A stretch of 64,000 nucleotides of DNA from Zoogloea sp. (GTDB lineage Bacteria; Pseudomonadota; Gammaproteobacteria; Burkholderiales; Rhodocyclaceae). Under the pieces are notes generated by a model. That model was not told the DNA's origin. It searched no databases and was given only the letters and a program-made list of their open reading frames with translations. The number at the start of each line of letters is the position of its first letter. Within the stretch, counting starts at the first letter, position 1. Shown one piece after another: positions 59,301-64,000 of the stretch. The stretch lies in assembly GCF_044344315.1 (NCBI RefSeq), contig NZ_JBIJDC010000009.1, positions 2,908 to 66,907 on the forward strand, in the 5' to 3' direction. The position numbers were made by a program, and so were the translations under genes.

Positions 59301-61505
59301 ATGGTCGCCGTTACTCATTCGATATCCCAGTCCGTGTCCTCGTTGTCCTCAGCCGAGTTGCTGTGTGAGGGCCTGCTGCCCGACGATGCCCGCCGCGTTG
59401 GCGATGCCCTTGCCTGGGTCCAGCCCATCTATGAAAGCCGTACTCTCGGCACCCAGGAGCAGGTGTGGCAGCATGCCCTCGGCACGGCGCTGATTGCGGC
59501 ATCCCTGCGCCTCGACGCGGACACCCGCATCGCGGCCCTGTGCTTTGCGGTGGGTGACGTGCTCGACCACCCTAACGAGGAAATCGTTACCCGTTACGGT
59601 GACAGCGTGGCCCGACTGGTGGATGGCTTGCGTCGCCTCAACGGCCTGCGTGTCATCACCCGCATGACCACCACTGCCAGCGCACCCGAGATCCGTGCCC
59701 AGAGCGAAGTGCTGCGCAAGATGCTGCTGGCCATGGTCGAGGACATCCGAGTGGTGCTGCTGCGGGTGGCGTCCCGCACCCAGACCCTGCGCTATTTCAC
59801 CGACCACCCGGGCCGCACCCGCGAGTCCATCGCCCGCGAGAGCCTCGACATCTACGCCCCCCTGGCCAACCGGCTGGGCATCTGGCAACTCAAGTGGGAG
59901 CTGGAGGATCTCTCCTTCCGCTTTCTGGAGCCGGAGACCTACAAGCGCATCGCCCGCATGCTCGACGAGCGCCGGGTGGAGCGCGAGCAGTTCATCGTCG
60001 ATGCGGTGGCGCGCCTCAAGAGCGAGGTGCAGGCCATCGGGGTGACGGCCGAGGTTTATGGTCGACCCAAACACATCTACAGCATCTACAACAAGATGCG
60101 CGCCAAGCGGCTGGATTTCTCGCAGATCTACGATGTGCGCGCCCTGCGCGTGCTGGTGGCCGAGGTGAAGGACTGCTACGCCGTGCTTGGCATCGTGCAC
60201 CAGATCTGGACCCCGATCCCCAAGGAGTTCGACGACTACATCTCGATGCCCAAGGGCAACAACTACCAGTCCCTGCACACCGCCGTGTATGCCGGTGATG
60301 GTCGGGCCCTGGAGGTGCAGATCCGCACCCACGATATGCACAACCACGCCGAGCTCGGGGTGGCTGCTCACTGGCGTTACAAGGAAGGCAGCGGGCCCTC
60401 CAGCGGCGACTACGACGAGAAGATCGCCCTGCTGCGCAGCCTGCTGTCGTGGCGTGACGAGGTCACCGATTCGGCCGACTGGCTGGAACAGTTCAAGCGC
60501 GCCTCGCTGGATGACACCATCTACGTGCTCACGCCCCAGGGGCGGGTGATCGATCTGCCCCGCGGCGCGACGCCCATCGACTTTGCCTACCGGGTGCATA
60601 CCGATCTCGGCCACCGCTGCCGCGGCGCCAAGGTCAATGGTCAATTGGTGACCCTCAACACCCCCCTGGAAAGCGGCCAGACGGTGGAGATCATGTCCAC
60701 CAAGGAGGGCGGCCCGTCCCGTGACTGGCTCAACGCCCACCAGAGCTACGTGGCCACGCCGCGAGCCCGCCAGAAGATCAAGCAGTATTTCAGCGCCCTC
60801 GAAGAGGAAGAGCTGCTGGTGCGCGGGCGCAGTGTGCTGACCCGTGAGATTCAACGCGAGGGCCATGGTCAGGTCAATCTCGACGACCTGGCGACACGCC
60901 TTGGTTTCAAGGGGCCGGACGCCCTGTTCATCGCCGCCGGCCGTGGTGAGGTGGGGCCGCGGGCCATCCAGATTGCCCTGCGGGGGGCCGACTCCGTCGA
61001 TGCGCCGTCCGAGACGCCCGAGGTCATCATCGGGCAGAGCCACCCGGGTGACGCAGGTGACACCATCCTGATCGTCGGCGTGGGCAAGCTGATGACTTCC
61101 CTGGGGCGCTGCTGCAAGCCGGCGCCACCGGATGCCATCCAGGGCTACGTGACCCGCGGGCGCGGCGTCTCCATCCATCGGGTCGAGTGCCGTGATTTTC
61201 AGCAGCTCGTGCGCTCCCATCCCGAACGGCTGATCAGCGCCCAGTGGGGTGGGGTGGCCACGCCCAAGGATGCCGTCTTCCCGGTGGACGTGCTGGTGCA
61301 TGCCATGGACCGCCAGGGTCTGCTGCGCGATATCTCCGAAGTCCTGTCGCGGGAGAAGCTGAACGTGATCGCGGTCAACACCCTGAGCCGCAAGGGCGCG
61401 GCGCGCATGCGCTTCACCCTCGAAGTGCAGGGTGTGCACCTGATCCAGCGCGCCCTGACCCTGATCCGCGAAGTCAAGGGCGTCACCGACGTCGAGCGCG
61501 GCTGA
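59301..61505 (+). CDS. relA: (p)ppGpp synthetase RelA
   Basis: Degenerate HD domain (no HD), GRPKHIYSIYNKM, PKGNNYQSLHT, EVQIRT, TGS (PIDFAYRVHT), ZFD (CCKP) and ACT domains. Confidence 0.95.
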   Translation: MVAVTHSISQSVSSLSSAELLCEGLLPDDARRVGDALAWVQPIYESRTLGTQEQVWQHALGTALIAASLRLDADTRIAALCFAVGDVLDHPNEEIVTRYGDSVARLVDGLRRLNGLRVITRMTTTASAPEIRAQSEVLRKMLLAMVEDIRVVLLRVASRTQTLRYFTDHPGRTRESIARESLDIYAPLANRLGIWQLKWELEDLSFRFLEPETYKRIARMLDERRVEREQFIVDAVARLKSEVQAIGVTAEVYGRPKHIYSIYNKMRAKRLDFSQIYDVRALRVLVAEVKDCYAVLGIVHQIWTPIPKEFDDYISMPKGNNYQSLHTAVYAGDGRALEVQIRTHDMHNHAELGVAAHWRYKEGSGPSSGDYDEKIALLRSLLSWRDEVTDSADWLEQFKRASLDDTIYVLTPQGRVIDLPRGATPIDFAYRVHTDLGHRCRGAKVNGQLVTLNTPLESGQTVEIMSTKEGGPSRDWLNAHQSYVATPRARQKIKQYFSALEEEELLVRGRSVLTREIQREGHGQVNLDDLATRLGFKGPDALFIAAGRGEVGPRAIQIALRGADSVDAPSETPEVIIGQSHPGDAGDTILIVGVGKLMTSLGRCCKPAPPDAIQGYVTRGRGVSIHRVECRDFQQLVRSHPERLISAQWGGVATPKDAVFPVDVLVHAMDRQGLLRDISEVLSREKLNVIAVNTLSRKGAARMRFTLEVQGVHLIQRALTLIREVKGVTDVERG

Positions 61506-61514
61506 GGCCCGGGC

Positions 61515-62378
61515 GTGCTCGTCCTCGAGCGGCATCATTACGCGTGGCTGTCCATTGCGGCAGCGCTGGCTACCATCGCCCTCAAGACCCTGGCGTGGTC
61601 GATCACAGGGTCGGTAGGCTTGCTGTCCGATGCGCTGGAGTCCTTCGTCAACCTGGCGGGGGCGGGCTTTGCCCTGTGGATGATCCTCATCACCCGCGAT
61701 CCGCCCGACGGCACACATCCCTTCGGCCACGGCAAGGCGGAATATTTCTCCAGCGGCTTCGAGGGCTTTCTCATTCTTGGTGCCGCCGCGGCCATCATCT
61801 GGACAGCCAGCGAGCGCCTCATGGCCCCGCGCCCCATCGAGTCAGCCGGCTGGGGCCTGGCCTGGTCGGCGGCGGCCACCACCATCAACTTCGTGGTGGC
61901 CCGTGTTCTCGGCAAGGCCGGCGAGCGGCTCAACTCCATCGCTCTGCGGGCCGACTCCCGCCATCTCATGACCGACGTGTGGACCTCGGTAGGGGTCATT
62001 GTCGGGGTCTCCCTGGTGGCCTGGACGGGCTGGCTGATGCTGGACCCGTTGATTGCGATCCTGGTTGGCCTGCATATCGCGTGGGAGGCCGTCGGCCTGC
62101 TGCGGGAGTCGGTGGATGGGTTGATGGACCGAAGCCTCGACGCCGACAGCGTGGCCCGGGCCCGGGCGGTACTCGACGCCTATCAGGCCCGCGGGGTGCA
62201 CTACCAGGGCTTGCGCACCCGCCAGGCCGGGGCGTCGTCTTTCCTGCAGGTGGTCGTGCTGGTGCCGGGTGACTGGTCGGTTCGCTACGGACACGCCCTC
62301 CTCGACGAGATCGAGGCTGCCCTCGAAACCGCCATTCCGGGCCTCGAAGTCACCACCCATCTCGAGCCTCTGCCTTGA
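61515..62378 (+). CDS. Cation diffusion facilitator family transporter
   Basis: GLLSDALESFVN, HPFGHGKAEY, ADSRHLMTD, TTHLEP. Confidence 0.93.
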   Translation: MLVLERHHYAWLSIAAALATIALKTLAWSITGSVGLLSDALESFVNLAGAGFALWMILITRDPPDGTHPFGHGKAEYFSSGFEGFLILGAAAAIIWTASERLMAPRPIESAGWGLAWSAAATTINFVVARVLGKAGERLNSIALRADSRHLMTDVWTSVGVIVGVSLVAWTGWLMLDPLIAILVGLHIAWEAVGLLRESVDGLMDRSLDADSVARARAVLDAYQARGVHYQGLRTRQAGASSFLQVVVLVPGDWSVRYGHALLDEIEAALETAIPGLEVTTHLEPLP

Positions 62379-62432
62379 GCCCGCGGCCTGTTTGATAAGA
62401 TTGGGCATCTACCGATCTTCTGGACTGTTTCA

Positions 62433-63218
62433 ATGATCTTCGTGTTGTCCCCGGCCAAGGCCCTCGATTACGAGTCGCCCCTGAGCACTTCCCGTTTCAC
62501 CGAGCCCGATTACCTGGACGATGCCGCGCAGCTGATTGCCGGCCTGCGTGAGCTGTCCCACGCCGAGGTGGCTCGCCTGATGGACCTGTCCGACCCCCTG
62601 GCGGCTCTCAACGTGGCCCGCTACGCCGAGTGGTCGCAACCCTTCACACCGGCAAATGCCCGCCCGGCCGTGCTGGCCTTCAATGGCGATGTGTATGACG
62701 GCCTTGAGGCGCGCAGCCTCTCCGAGACCGATCTGGACTACGCCCAGCAGCATCTGCGCATCCTCTCCGGTCTGTATGGCCTCCTCAAACCCCTTGACCT
62801 GATGCAGCCCTACCGGCTGGAAATGGGTACGCGCTTTGCCAACGCGCGGGGCAAGGACTTGTATGCCTTCTGGGGAATGACCCAGACCGAGGCGCTCAAT
62901 CACCTGCTGGCTGCCGAGGATGAGGCTGGCCGCGAAGCCGTGCTTGTGAACCTGGCCTCGGAGGAGTACTTCAAGTCGGTCAAGCGGGCCCGCCTGCAGG
63001 GCCGCCTGCTCGACATCGGCTTTGAGGACTGGAAGGGCGGGCGTTACAAAATCATCAGTTTCTATGCCAAACGTGCCCGCGGCCTGATGGCCCGCTATGC
63101 CATCACCCGGCAGGTGCAGGAGGTCGAGCAGCTCAAGGACTTCGCTGCTGATGGCTATGCCTTCGCGCCGGAGGCATCGGACGAGAGCCGCTGGGTGTTC
63201 CGGCGGCGTCAGGACTGA
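62433..63218 (+). CDS. yaaA: Peroxide stress protein YaaA
   Basis: [60 protein letters not shown]. Confidence 0.97.
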   Translation: MIFVLSPAKALDYESPLSTSRFTEPDYLDDAAQLIAGLRELSHAEVARLMDLSDPLAALNVARYAEWSQPFTPANARPAVLAFNGDVYDGLEARSLSETDLDYAQQHLRILSGLYGLLKPLDLMQPYRLEMGTRFANARGKDLYAFWGMTQTEALNHLLAAEDEAGREAVLVNLASEEYFKSVKRARLQGRLLDIGFEDWKGGRYKIISFYAKRARGLMARYAITRQVQEVEQLKDFAADGYAFAPEASDESRWVFRRRQD

Positions 63219-63231
63219 GGGAGGGCAGGGA

Positions 63232-64000
63232 ATGGCCCATCCTGACAAGGTGGCGGGTCTGGTCCGCATGAAGAGGCTGGCAACGGGCGGGCTCGTCGCC
63301 GTCGCGCTGTTGCTGGTGCTGGCCCGTATCCAGGGGTGGGGCTGGGTGGCTGCGTTTGCCGAGGCCGCACTGATCGGCGCCCTGGCCGACTGGTTCGCTG
63401 TGGTGGCTCTGTTTCGCCACCCCCTTGGCCTGCCGATTCCCCACACGGCCATCCTGCCCCGCAACAAGGCGCGTCTGGCTGACAACCTGGCGGAGTTCAT
63501 CCGCGATCGTTTTCTCGATACCGCATCCCTGGTGGCACGCCTGCGTTCCGCCCAGCCCGCCGACAGGCTGGCGGCCTGGCTCCGGCAGCCCGCCAACGCC
63601 GACCTGCTGGCCGGCCGGCTGGTGGTGGTGTTTGCCGAAGCGGTGGATTTCATGGACGACCCGCGGGTGCGGCGGCTGTTTCTCCACGCCCTGCGGCGCC
63701 GGGCCGGCAGCCTCGACATGGCCGATGGCCTCGGTCGCCTGCTGGAAGTGATGACCGAGCACGGCCGCCACCAGGCCCTGCTCGACGAGGGCATCGAGCG
63801 CCTCGGCCATTGGCTCGAAGAACCGGGCGTTCGGCAGGGCTTTGCCGGCATGATCGTGGACGTGGCCGGTCGCGAATATCCCAAAGTGGTGGCAATGCTG
63901 GGCCTGGTTGGAATCAACCCTGCGGAACTGGGCGAGCGGGTGTCGGCGGGCATCATTGCCGGCGTGCAGGGCCTGCTCGACGAGGTCGCCCAGGACCCGT
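63232..64000 (+). CDS. DUF445-family membrane protein, 5' part (truncated by window edge)
   Basis: Manual translation from ATG 63232: MAHPDKVAGLVRMKRLATGGL...AEAALIGALADWFAVVALFRHPLGLPIPHTAILPRNK; no stop before 64000. Confidence 0.88.
   Translation, partial: MAHPDKVAGLVRMKRLATGGLVAVALLLVLARIQGWGWVAAFAEAALIGALADWFAVVALFRHPLGLPIPHTAILPRNKARLADNLAEFIRDRFLDTASLVARLRSAQPADRLAAWLRQPANADLLAGRLVVVFAEAVDFMDDPRVRRLFLHALRRRAGSLDMADGLGRLLEVMTEHGRHQALLDEGIERLGHWLEEPGVRQGFAGMIVDVAGREYPKVVAMLGLVGINPAELGERVSAGIIAGVQGLLDEVAQDP

Noticed and set aside
59301-59900. Missing HD motif in the RelA N-terminal domain
   Set aside because: A degenerate hydrolase domain is the normal state of beta/gammaproteobacterial RelA.

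Overview
GC-rich chromosomal window from a betaproteobacterium. Rhodocyclales (Zoogloea/Thauera-like) is my inference from gene order and a PEP-CTERM gene. It is densely coding, with about 70 CDS. I saw no rRNA, tRNA, CRISPR array, IS element, integrase or prophage. From left to right: map (partial); the core rpsB-tsf-pyrH-frr-uppS-cdsA-dxr-rseP-bamA-skp-lpxD-fabZ-lpxA-lpxB-rnhB cluster; a CopD-like membrane protein and a TrmH methylase; bioAFHCD (no bioB) behind an FN3/beta-propeller lipoprotein; divergent ppk1 / ppx-MCE transporter; an ECHDC3-like crotonase, TatD and TetR / etfBA-CbiM-like-acyl-CoA dehydrogenase; ppiC-type PPIase, bolA, yciI and yciB; persulfide dioxygenase with a truncated haemoglobin; an OmpR/EnvZ-like pair with a divergent small secreted protein; tsaB-rimI-udg; lemA-TPM-TPM; an orphan six-PAS kinase; tadA-YkuD-GNAT; an mgtC-like-amrB-amrA-amrS-pseudohydrolase run; ispDF; a PEP-CTERM protein, host-attachment protein and MtfA; relA, CDF, yaaA and DUF445 (partial). 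The most interesting leads are: (1) the AmmeMemoRadiSam run, which ends in an alpha/beta-hydrolase that has lost its catalytic Ser and His; (2) a double TetR operator on the etfBA promoter plus a solitary CbiM-fold protein lacking the metal-binding His; (3) a cpxP/cpxR-like divergent layout with two inverted GTAAG-N5-GTWAG boxes; (4) an overlapping persulfide dioxygenase-globin pair; (5) a terminator-like hairpin immediately upstream of bioA. All protein assignments come from motif recognition by eye, not from database searches.
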